A stretch of 64,000 nt of DNA, from positions 1,376,001-1,440,000 of the forward strand of contig OY970368.1 in NCBI GenBank assembly GCA_963718615.1. Reading direction: 5' to 3'. This document shows, in pieces, positions 38,801 to 46,524 of this stretch. Every line of letters starts with the position of its first letter. Within the stretch, counting starts at the first letter, position 1. The notes beneath the pieces are model-generated. The model made no database searches. It worked only from the letters and a program-made list of their open reading frames with translations, and was not told the origin of the DNA. A program made the position numbers and the translations under genes. This stretch comes from an uncultured cyanobacterium. GTDB taxonomy: Bacteria > Cyanobacteriota > Cyanobacteriia > PCC-9006 > JAAUQQ01.

Positions 38801-39720
38801 GCGGTACACCGCTGAATGGGGTGACGGTTGCTGATAACTATGATGATCAGTTCACGGCCAACAATGTAGGACCACTGGCCAATTACCAGGTCATTAGTGT
38901 CGTTCCTGTGTCCGCAACCGCCCCTGCGCCAATTGTGCCGGATCCGGCGGCAGTGGGGAGAACCCAAGGCAGTGGACTGATTAACCTTGCTACTGGGGGT
39001 GCAACGGTTTATCAACAGCCCCAAGGCGGTCAGCCGGGACAAAACGCAACCTTCCGGGTAACGGTTCGGGTTCTCAATCCCGATCCCAATGCCCTGTATG
39101 ATTCGAGTGCGATCGCCAACGGCAACTCCACGGTCAACGGACAACTGGTCACTGACTTGTCTGACGATATCCCCAGATTTGGTGCAGCGAATCCTGCGAA
39201 CGGAATCGGGGTTCCGGGGCCAGGGGTCACGCCCGGAAACCCCGCCGATCCGGCCAACACCATCACGCCGGTCGTCTTTGCCCAGGCTTCTCCGCTGCAA
39301 CTGTTTAAGCGGATTACCTCATTCACCCAGGCAGGTGTAACGACTCCGCTGACGAATTTGGTCAACAATCCTCCTGTGGCCACCTTTACGGGAGAAGTGG
39401 ACATTCGCCAGCTTGGAGATCTCCTGTCGGGAGATTCGGTGGAATACACGGTCTACTTCCTCAATGGCTCCACTCAAGCGCTAACGAATGTGGAAGTGTG
39501 CGACCCGCTGCCGTCACCCTTGACGATTGTGAATGGTAGTCTGACGGCATCCCAGGGAACGAGTACGTTTATTTCACCGCTCACGCCTCTTTCCTTAGCG
39601 AGCAATCCAGGACGTTCCTGTGGTGCTAGCTCCGGTTCCCAAGGTGCTGCGGTCTTTAATCTGGGTGATATTCCCGCGAACGGCAATGGCTTCGTAAGAT
39701 TTAACACTCAGATTCCTTAG
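35827..39720 (+). CDS. Large secreted adhesin-like protein: N-terminal head, four DUF11-like Ig repeats, C-terminal truncated DUF11 domain
   Basis: Signal peptide ending PAQA; repeats P.IG..K...N.DG.F.V.Y...V.N; last domain LFKRIT..GDSVEYTVYFLN..VCDPLP..GFVRFNTQIP-stop. Confidence 0.88.
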   Translation: MSRLRPQLLLDLFSSNSNRLSDSGPSAKRRRSRWLQMVLLFAGLGAIAQANPAQAASFTWSSTPGAGNDWAAGTLDGGPANNPFQTTPQSGVTLQFNWNTFDGANFVAGRPSLGEGVIDGGLTSGNLLVIFASTDVPSRVELDVNFTNAAGDVVPVRNLRYTLIDIDRDNSRDWQDVTSTFGRFGGTPAAPNSGGAIQPTVVPGSQGETVEEVTGNQTAIGYTEPAAARTFRGITDPSPENLGLNGGEDDEGVEADNFRDEGSVTLNYPGTLIDSFRIVYGNGVSNGALNGLGFNIPSLDRPADVNDPNPLSPTNPTPHGIGVLGDFNFEPAIIGIAKTASDPVFQPDGSFRVTYTMRVTNTGEVPLDNAVITEDVVPVFGGAANFNFVAGSLTGALGGETFNGSTDTTIALAGGTLAPNESRDVSFQVDILPAAGPGPFANQATVVAEPQGFPGIQVTDRSANGTNVDADVDDPDDGTPLPPTFTAPNGNTVTRGTTPDNDPSNNDSPTVVSLTFPPRIGVTKQVTNVINNGDGTFDVTYRQIVCNRSGGTVGLTNVQLTENLDDTFRLGQPNGVTAYTVQSVTSPAAVAGVPNYRQITPNAGFNGGAQGDQNLLGGTDPLNTDECGVVDFVVRVTPGPNTGDNVGGDPPYEGQVTATGTGPGPANLVVTDLSDDVTSFPNAPLPIAEQLPRDTSNPANGTTTDPVDGNGVPQSNPIPANDPQAATNENNRTPIAFLPPQIGVTKQVTNVADNGNGTFTVTYRHIVCNLGNEALSNVTVTEQQDLATVFRQGQANGVTSAQFVPGSLVAPTTAPAGFETGFTPLAPTAGFNGTAGSLQLATVANLPVGGCGIVDYQVLVNPTDPLDPAVQNLGDGTLGNPANDDPPYVAQVEATGTGATSAVPVADLSDDVSNLTAPLPPAQQKPRDTTGNFTATDGANGPGTPGGPENDPTPVSLVANPQIGLTKQVVDIVNNGDGSFDVVFEYVVQNVGGTPLNGVTVADNYDDQFTANNVGPLANYQVISVVPVSATAPAPIVPDPAAVGRTQGSGLINLATGGATVYQQPQGGQPGQNATFRVTVRVLNPDPNALYDSSAIANGNSTVNGQLVTDLSDDIPRFGAANPANGIGVPGPGVTPGNPADPANTITPVVFAQASPLQLFKRITSFTQAGVTTPLTNLVNNPPVATFTGEVDIRQLGDLLSGDSVEYTVYFLNGSTQALTNVEVCDPLPSPLTIVNGSLTASQGTSTFISPLTPLSLASNPGRSCGASSGSQGAAVFNLGDIPANGNGFVRFNTQIP

Positions 39721-39750
39721 TCACTAGCGCCTCCACTCATTACACCCATG

Positions 39751-39777
39751 ACGTCAAGCCTAGGCTTGACGTTTTTT
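39751..39777 (+). terminator. Intrinsic terminator after the adhesin operon
   Basis: Perfect palindrome acgtcaagcctaggcttgacgt followed by a T-run. Confidence 0.8.
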
Positions 39778-39930
39778 ATGGCAACACCATGACTGTCTCA
39801 GGGCTCTGATATAAGATAATTTTTCTGGGAAGAATAAATACGGAGTCTAGGACGAAAAACTAAATACCTGAAAGCCATTCTCTCTACCATGGCTCCCTTT
39901 AGTCCTTGAATGTTCTATAGGCAACTTTGC

Positions 39931-40983
39931 ATGACTAGCGATCGCCCTATTTTTATCGTGGGTATGCCTCGCTCAGGGACGACCCTGCTGCGCGCGATGC
40001 TCTGCGCTCATTCTCGAATCACGATTTCGCCGGAAAGCCATTTTTTGAACTATTGGTTGCGACAGTATCAGCATTTGGACTTGAGGGAGCGCGAAGGGTT
40101 TGACGAATTTTGGTCAGCGTTTAGCTCTAGTCAGCGGTTTTCCTATTTTGGTGTGGAGCCTGAAGGGCTGCGATCGCGTCTTCTAAGCACCTCTGACATT
40201 AGTTTTAAACACATCTTTCAGTCCCTCCTAGAAGCCTATGCCCAGCGGATGGATAAACCCCGTTGGGGCGAGAAAACTCCGATTCACCATGAACATTTGG
40301 ACACATTATTCGACTGGTTTCCCAATGCCCAAGTGATTTGGACTTTGCGGGATCCTAGAGCTACCACCGCCTCGCTCATGCAGGTCGACTGGGCTAGCCG
40401 CTATGCCTTTGTCAATGCAGAATGGTGGCACCGGAGCTTGCAAGGCTTTGAGCAACGCTGGGCGAAGGATCAACGGGTCTTTTTACTCAGATACGAAGCC
40501 TTAGTTCAGCATCCGCAAGCAACATTGCAATCCCTTTGCCATTTCCTGGGTGAAGGCTTTGAGCCGGGAATGGTTCAGGCTCGTCAGGAAAAAGACATGC
40601 CCATTGTCCATACTTCAGGATGGGCGAGAAAGCATTTTCAAGCGGCCCTCTCTCCCCTTCACCAAGAGGCAGTCAAAAAATGGCAAACGGAACTTTCTTC
40701 AACCCAGATTGCCATTGTTGAACATTGTGTTCGCTCCGTGATGATGCGTTATGGGTATCAACCCCAAACCCAGAAATTAGCCCCTTGGCAAACGGGATGG
40801 CTCAAGCTTTCTCGACGACAGTATCACTGGGATTTAAAACTTCAATCCCTGAAACAGGCTTGGGCTCAGACTTCGCTAGAGGAGAAATGGATTGGCACTT
40901 TGCCCAAGCCTTTACGTAAGCTTCAGCCCTATTCCCTTTCATTATCTGCCCAGGTTCCTCTAAAATCAAACCCAATTCACTAA
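39931..40983 (+). CDS. Sulfotransferase (Sulfotransfer_3-like)
   Basis: PIFIVGMPRSGTTLL (5'-PSB loop), WGEKTP, RDPRA...S, RYEALV..P. Confidence 0.92.
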   Translation: MTSDRPIFIVGMPRSGTTLLRAMLCAHSRITISPESHFLNYWLRQYQHLDLREREGFDEFWSAFSSSQRFSYFGVEPEGLRSRLLSTSDISFKHIFQSLLEAYAQRMDKPRWGEKTPIHHEHLDTLFDWFPNAQVIWTLRDPRATTASLMQVDWASRYAFVNAEWWHRSLQGFEQRWAKDQRVFLLRYEALVQHPQATLQSLCHFLGEGFEPGMVQARQEKDMPIVHTSGWARKHFQAALSPLHQEAVKKWQTELSSTQIAIVEHCVRSVMMRYGYQPQTQKLAPWQTGWLKLSRRQYHWDLKLQSLKQAWAQTSLEEKWIGTLPKPLRKLQPYSLSLSAQVPLKSNPIH

Positions 40984-41005
40984 GCTTTTTGCACCCCTTC
41001 ATGCC

Positions 41006-42178
41006 ATGACTCTTGATTCAGTCGGAGTACTCATTTGCGGATTTTATGGCTACTCCAATATGGGCGATGAAGCGATGCTGGCGGGGATGATTCGGCTGTT
41101 GCGGCAACACAATCCTGCCTTACCGCTAACGGTGTTGACCTTCAATCCCGAAGATACCCAGCGGCGTCATGGCATTGAAACTGTGGCGACTCATCCGCCT
41201 CGCCGTCGCTTAGAGGCATTCAAACGTTGGTTAAATCCCCTGGATCAGCAGGCGATAAAGGCGAATTCTGGCTTTGTACTAGGGGGCGGCGATTTATTGC
41301 GAGATGGAGCCGATCGCGAAGTGGCAGGATTCTGGCTGGCACCCCTGCAAAAAGCGCTTAAGCTCAAGCGTAAAACCGCGTTACTGGGGGTGAGCGTCGG
41401 TGAAATTTGGAAGCCTGAAACCCAACAATTGATTCCTCAGGTTTTGAATCAAGTGGATCTGATTGCGGTGAGAGATCAGCGCTCCAAAGATCGACTGCAA
41501 GCCCTGTCTGTAAATCAGCCGGTTTATGTGATGCCAGATTTGGCATTGGCAGCAGTTCATGCCTTTTCGCCTGCCCAGCCCAAGGCGAGGGGCGATCGCC
41601 CCCAAATTGGTATTTCAGTTCGCTGGATGAGCAATCGCGGCCAAACCGTCAACTATTCCTATGAGGATTTGCAGCGGGAAATTGCGGCGATCGCCGATTA
41701 CGCCGCCGATCGTTACAACGCCATCGTTCACTTCTTACCGTTCCAAGCCTTTGACAACTACTACAGCAACGACGATGACGACTACATCGCGATTCTAGAG
41801 ATTTTGAAATATAGCGATCGTTCCAGTCAGTTTCAGATCCATCGCTATTTGCCCTCGTTGGAAACGCTCATGGGAATTTTACAAACTCTGGATGTCGTCA
41901 TTGGTATGCGGCTACATTCGCTGATTTTGGCGGCGGGGTTGGGAGTTCCGGTGATTGCGGCGGAATATGACCCGAAGGTCGAAGGCTTTATGACGGAAAT
42001 TAGCCAGCGCGATCGCTCGATTCCGCTGAATGAGTTTCATCGCGATCGCATCATTCCGCTGCTGGATGACATCCTGGCAAAACCAGAAATTACGCGGCGA
42101 TCGCTGGCGGAGGGCTTGGCAAACTACCAGGCTAGGTGGGACACTCTCATGCCCCAATTAGACCGATTATTGGGCTAG
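41006..42178 (+). CDS. Polysaccharide pyruvyl transferase family protein (CsaB-like)
   Basis: GFYGYSNMGDEAML, LGGGDL, VRD..S, PDLA, IGMRLHSLI.A, YDPKV. Confidence 0.9.
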   Translation: MTLDSVGVLICGFYGYSNMGDEAMLAGMIRLLRQHNPALPLTVLTFNPEDTQRRHGIETVATHPPRRRLEAFKRWLNPLDQQAIKANSGFVLGGGDLLRDGADREVAGFWLAPLQKALKLKRKTALLGVSVGEIWKPETQQLIPQVLNQVDLIAVRDQRSKDRLQALSVNQPVYVMPDLALAAVHAFSPAQPKARGDRPQIGISVRWMSNRGQTVNYSYEDLQREIAAIADYAADRYNAIVHFLPFQAFDNYYSNDDDDYIAILEILKYSDRSSQFQIHRYLPSLETLMGILQTLDVVIGMRLHSLILAAGLGVPVIAAEYDPKVEGFMTEISQRDRSIPLNEFHRDRIIPLLDDILAKPEITRRSLAEGLANYQARWDTLMPQLDRLLG

Positions 42179-42179
42179 A

Positions 42180-43406
42180 TCAACTGTTGGGTTGAGTGAT
42201 TGTGGTGCCAGGTAGCAGTGCCGGTGCGGGTTGAAGTAGTGCTTGATAGGCCTGACGATGAGCCGCTGCAATTCGAGGCAGAGAGAGCTGGCGTTGTAGC
42301 TGCAAAATCTTGGGATCGGGCTGGTCGGTGATGCGCTTGAGGCTGGTTGTAATCCCTGCGGCTAGGGCCTCGGCACTGTAATCCTCGAAGGTTTGAATAG
42401 CATCAGAAACCATAGCATTGAATTCCTGAATTTGGGGCAGATTAAAGGCCAAAATCGGTCGCCCAATGGAAATCCAAGTGGCCAAGGAACCCGAGGCCGA
42501 AGCAATTTGGAATGGACAAACGGCAAGATCGCTAGCGGCCAAGTGCAGTTCTAAATCGGACTCGGAGAGATAGCCGGTGGTGGTGACGCGATCGCCCAAA
42601 TTCAACCGCTCGATTTGCGCGTTTAACTCTCGCTCAAACGCATCCTGTCCCGGTGCCATCCCCCCTGCGAATACAACATCAACAGAAGCGGGCAGGTGAC
42701 TCAGCGCGTCGAGGAGTAGCTGGTGTCCTTTACTCCGAAAGATAAAGCCCTGGAGGGTGACGACTTGGCGATCGCAAGACCATCCCAGTTTTGCCTTAGC
42801 CTCCTTGAGGGATGCAATGGCAGACCGTTTTTCCACGAAGTGGGGGATGATCTGGAGTCGAGAGGCCTGACGAAAATGCTGGAGGCGTTCAGCTTCAATG
42901 CCGTTGGAGACCAAGGGCATCGCCACATTGCCCAACAACCAACGCATAATCGTTTTATCCGCGAGATGGTTTTCCCAAAGCCACCGCATTGTGCTCCAGA
43001 TCGCTAAAGATTTACCGTTGGAATAACCCCGTAGTCGCTTATTTTCGTAGCCCCAAGCCATCCGCACATCGTAGCTGGGATAAATGTAGTCATAAATGTC
43101 ATGCAGCGTTACGCAGAGAGTACCCCGAAATTTGCGCCGAACTTTGCTCAAAAGTCTCAGCTTTTGCCAACCGGGTAGCCCCAAATATTTGCTGTACTGT
43201 ATGTGCAAAATGTCGCAGTCGCTTAAGGTCCGCAGCGCTTGCTGAAGCGGACGTCCCAGACTATGCGGCTCTGTGATCACAACCTCTGCTTCCGCTACGG
43301 TCACACCGGAAAAGGTTGCGATCGCCTGGGAAAGCCGTTTGCCATATCGAGCAACACCACTTTCATGGGCTTGTTGAGCGGTTAGGTGCAAATATCCAAT
43401 CTTCAT
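42180..43406 (-). CDS. GT-B glycosyltransferase (family 4-like)
   Basis: SGVARY, TLHD, IIPH, GFIFRSKG, ASDLAVCPF..ASASGSL. Confidence 0.85.
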   Translation of the reverse strand: MKIGYLHLTAQQAHESGVARYGKRLSQAIATFSGVTVAEAEVVITEPHSLGRPLQQALRTLSDCDILHIQYSKYLGLPGWQKLRLLSKVRRKFRGTLCVTLHDIYDYIYPSYDVRMAWGYENKRLRGYSNGKSLAIWSTMRWLWENHLADKTIMRWLLGNVAMPLVSNGIEAERLQHFRQASRLQIIPHFVEKRSAIASLKEAKAKLGWSCDRQVVTLQGFIFRSKGHQLLLDALSHLPASVDVVFAGGMAPGQDAFERELNAQIERLNLGDRVTTTGYLSESDLELHLAASDLAVCPFQIASASGSLATWISIGRPILAFNLPQIQEFNAMVSDAIQTFEDYSAEALAAGITTSLKRITDQPDPKILQLQRQLSLPRIAAAHRQAYQALLQPAPALLPGTTITQPNS

Positions 43407-43860
43407 GGAGGTCTGAAAAGTTCAGGGAATCTACGGGTATCTAGACAGAGCACAGGGCTCTATGGCAATCCACCGACCTATCAAGCTAGCTGCATAAAGC
43501 AATACATGAACTATTGAAACGCTGATTCATTGCCATGACATCAGCATTTTTCGCACAGCCAAAACTGCTTTCTAGGTCAGGATTGAAGTGAATCACGGCA
43601 TCTGTCTAGGAAGAGGGATACCGGGTAGATGCCGGGTAGATACTAGGTCAGCCCTATGACTCAGGCACTGACGCATTAAGTCCTTGAATTGGTCGTATTA
43701 GTGACAAAGTATATCAAATTACTCTATTAAAGGAGCGTATTAAGTCTTCTCAACTGGCAAGCGCTTCGCAAAGTGCGCGTCAAGGCATTGAAAACGGGGC
43801 CGATCGCTCGACCCCGCTGAGAATTCGTTTAATTTTTTTAATCGAGGCTGTAACAGACCG

Positions 43861-44880
43861 TTACGCCAGGGCCGACGGTTGGGCGATAGGCTGTTCAAGG
43901 GACTCAAGAGGCTCAAGGGGCTCAAGCGGCTGCATCCCGATCGCCGCTAAGAGTTCCCGATCGGCATCATGATCTTGATTCTCTACGGTTAATAACTTTT
44001 CGCCATAGAAAATCGAATTCGCCCCAGCCATAAAGCACAGGACCTGAGCCTCCCGACTCAGGCTTTCCCGACCTGCGCTGAGACGCACCTTGGCCTGGGG
44101 CATAAGAATCCGGGCCGTGGCACAGATCCGCACCAGATCGAAGGGATCAATGGGCACTTGCTCCGCCAGAGGTGTTCCTGCAACTCCGACCAGCGCATTG
44201 ATGGGAACGCTTTCGGGGTGAGGATTCATCGTGGCTAGGATTTCGAGCATCCGGGCGCGATCGCGCAAACTTTCCCCCAGGCCAATAATCCCCCCACAGC
44301 ACAGCGTAATACCCGCGTTGCGCACCCGCTCTAGGGTTTGGAGGCGATCGCCATAGGTCCTTGTACTAATTACCTGGTCGTAATATTCCGGCCCCGTATC
44401 TAAATTGTGGTTGTAGGCGGTCAGACCGGCCTCCGCTAAGCGTTCTGCCTGGGACTGGTTGAGCATTCCTGCCGTCACACAGGCTTCCATCCCCAGTTCG
44501 CGCACCCCCCGCACCATCGCCACCATCTCGTCAAAGGCCTTACCCTCGCGGATCTCTCGCCAAGCCCAGCCCATGCAAAAGCGCGAGGCTCCAGCGGCCT
44601 TGGCCTGTTCGGCCTTCGCAAGCACGGCCTCCACAGGCAAAATCGGCTCGGCTTTAACCGCCGTGTCGTGGTGAGCAGACTGGGCGCAATATCCACAATC
44701 TTCGGCACAGCCGCCCGTTTTGACGCTGAGCAAGGTCGCCAACTGCACGCCGTTGCCCGGATTGTAGGCCCGATGAACCGTCTGAGCCCCATAGACCAAA
44801 TCCAACAGGGGCTGCTGAAGCAAATCGAGAATTTCAGCGGTCGTCCAGTCGTAACGAATCTTGGGGCAAATTTCAGCCAT
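43861..44880 (-). CDS. bioB: Biotin synthase
   Basis: [15 protein letters not shown] radical-SAM motif, [39 protein letters not shown]. Confidence 0.97.
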   Translation of the reverse strand: MAEICPKIRYDWTTAEILDLLQQPLLDLVYGAQTVHRAYNPGNGVQLATLLSVKTGGCAEDCGYCAQSAHHDTAVKAEPILPVEAVLAKAEQAKAAGASRFCMGWAWREIREGKAFDEMVAMVRGVRELGMEACVTAGMLNQSQAERLAEAGLTAYNHNLDTGPEYYDQVISTRTYGDRLQTLERVRNAGITLCCGGIIGLGESLRDRARMLEILATMNPHPESVPINALVGVAGTPLAEQVPIDPFDLVRICATARILMPQAKVRLSAGRESLSREAQVLCFMAGANSIFYGEKLLTVENQDHDADRELLAAIGMQPLEPLEPLESLEQPIAQPSALA

Positions 44881-45050
44881 GGTTCCTCTTGCTCTTTAAT
44901 AGTACCAGTGTACTATAATGGTCAATAGCGTTACTCATCACACCACCGAACGCGGGTGCCGGAGGCATTGAGCTCTATCGATTTTCTGCTGCTCATCAGC
45001 TTACCGCCTCGCCGACTGCGTTGGCCGACTGCGTTGAAGGAGAAGTTCTG

Positions 45051-45845
45051 ATGGACCCCCACACCCCCGATCCCTGGTATCAGTCTGAGCCTTCCGAGCC
45101 GTCTGAGAGTCCGACGGCCTATCCCCCCATTCCCCCCTATCCGGTGGGGCCACCGACGAATCCTCGGTCCCGGTCCCAGGGCCAGAATTCCCAGGGTCAA
45201 AATTTCCAGGGCCAAAATTCCTATGACCAAAATTCCTATGACCAAAATTCCTATGACCAAAATTCCTATGGCTCGTATTCCCCTGCCAATGATGCCTATC
45301 CCCGGCGATCGCGTCCCTCTCAGCCCCAGCCCCCTCGGTCTCGACCCCATTCCCCCCGACCCCATTCCCCTCAGCCCCCAGCGCCACGCCGTCCTCCAGC
45401 CCACTTCAGCATGGCCTACTGGGACGAGGAAGATGAGTTTGTGCCGGTCTTCCGACCTCGGCCCTACTCGTCGCGCCGGGAGGACTATCGGCTGTGGATT
45501 TTGGGTGGGGTGCTGCTGGTGGGATTGACGGTGTTGATCGAGCCGACGCGGGTGATTTCAAGCATTGTCAAAACCCAGGATTACGACTGTCAGGAAATTG
45601 TCCAACCCCAGTCGGTGCTGTCGCGGGAGCAGTTGACCCAGTTGCTGACGATTCCGGAGCGATCGCCCAAGGAAAAAGTCCGCGCCATCATCCGCGAACC
45701 CTATTGCTTGTTGCCCAGCCTCAAAATCCGGGCTGGGGTCTCAGCGGTGCGCGAAGCCTATCCCCTGGAAGCGGATCCCGATACTTGGATCGTTCTACTT
45801 TATGAAGGAGATGAATATGCCGGTTACCGCTTTAATGCTCGTTAG
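45051..45845 (+). CDS. Single-pass membrane protein with Q/N/S/Y/P low-complexity N-terminus
   Basis: Pro-rich and QNSY repeats, one TM helix (LWILGGVLLVGL), C-terminal domain CQ.IV....LSREQL..LL...PYC.LP..REAYPL..DP.TW..LYEG.EYAGY.F. Confidence 0.8.
   Translation: MDPHTPDPWYQSEPSEPSESPTAYPPIPPYPVGPPTNPRSRSQGQNSQGQNFQGQNSYDQNSYDQNSYDQNSYGSYSPANDAYPRRSRPSQPQPPRSRPHSPRPHSPQPPAPRRPPAHFSMAYWDEEDEFVPVFRPRPYSSRREDYRLWILGGVLLVGLTVLIEPTRVISSIVKTQDYDCQEIVQPQSVLSREQLTQLLTIPERSPKEKVRAIIREPYCLLPSLKIRAGVSAVREAYPLEADPDTWIVLLYEGDEYAGYRFNAR
45181..45270 (+). repeat. 15-bp coding tandem repeat x6
   Basis: gccagaattcccagg/gtcaaaatttccagg/gccaaaattcctatg/(accaaaattcctatg)x3, encoding GQNSQ GQNFQ GQNSY DQNSY DQNSY DQNSY. 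Confidence 0.95.
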
Positions 45846-46296
45846 GGGGGCGGCGGTGCTGGGGGCGATCGCCATCGGACTCACGCTGTACCATTGGTCT
45901 GTTCAACAGAACCTGCCTCCCTCTCGTCAGGTCAAGATTCAGCAAACCTGGGAGTTGGAACCGGGACAGCGCGTGGGAGACTACCGCGTGGTGGGAGGCT
46001 TGGGCGATATTTCCATCGATTTGCAAGGCAACAAGGTCTGGGCTCCCTTTGCGGGCGATGTCTATCCGCTGAATAAAAACTGTGTCCTGTTTTCCAGTCC
46101 TGAAGTTCCGGCCTATCTGCTGCGCCTCTGTGGGGTTCAGCAGGTTAACTTTGGGGCGGTCAGTCAAGGCGGACGCATTGCCAAATCCCAGATTCTTCAC
46201 TTCGCAACCCTGCGCAAACAGCCCGATGGCAGTTGGGCGATCGTCGAGCCCTCCCGCGAGGTTTTGGAACGGGTTTTGAATCCCCAGCGCACTTAA
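45811..46296 (+). CDS. Hypothetical exported/membrane-anchored protein
   Basis: N-terminal TM helix; GLGDISI.L...V.APF.G.V segment; overlaps the end of the upstream gene. Start uncertain. Confidence 0.72.
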   Translation: MNMPVTALMLVRGAAVLGAIAIGLTLYHWSVQQNLPPSRQVKIQQTWELEPGQRVGDYRVVGGLGDISIDLQGNKVWAPFAGDVYPLNKNCVLFSSPEVPAYLLRLCGVQQVNFGAVSQGGRIAKSQILHFATLRKQPDGSWAIVEPSREVLERVLNPQRT

Positions 46297-46369
46297 CGTT
46301 CGGCTCAAGGCTGCGTGAATCTGGCGTGAATCTGGCGTGAATTTCCATGACGTTCCGCCGGGAAACCAT

Positions 46370-46490
46370 TATGATGAGATCCGTGGCAAGTCACCTGGGT
46401 TACCTACAGTACGTAAAGCCCACGGTTGCGCTCGCTACCCCAAGGAACGCCGAAGCCTCGGTCCATTCCCGTGCTGGGTAAACGTCATGC
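46370..46490 (+). promoter_or_regulatory. Putative promoter and structured 5' leader of ahcY
   Basis: TATGAT at 46370-46375; stem ccgtgg (46381-46386) / ccacgg (46420-46425). Confidence 0.45.
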
Positions 46491-46524
46491 CAAAAACGCG
46501 AACTTACAAACGGAAAAGGATCAG

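Noticed and set aside
43895-43930. 9-bp repeats at the bioB 3' end ([12 protein letters not shown])
   Set aside because: Short slippage in a dispensable tail with no evident function.
46346-46452. Glutamine (glnA) riboswitch suggested by cgttc...aaggaacgc
   Set aside because: Lacks the CGGAAGTA E-loop core, and the gene context (ahcY) does not fit.
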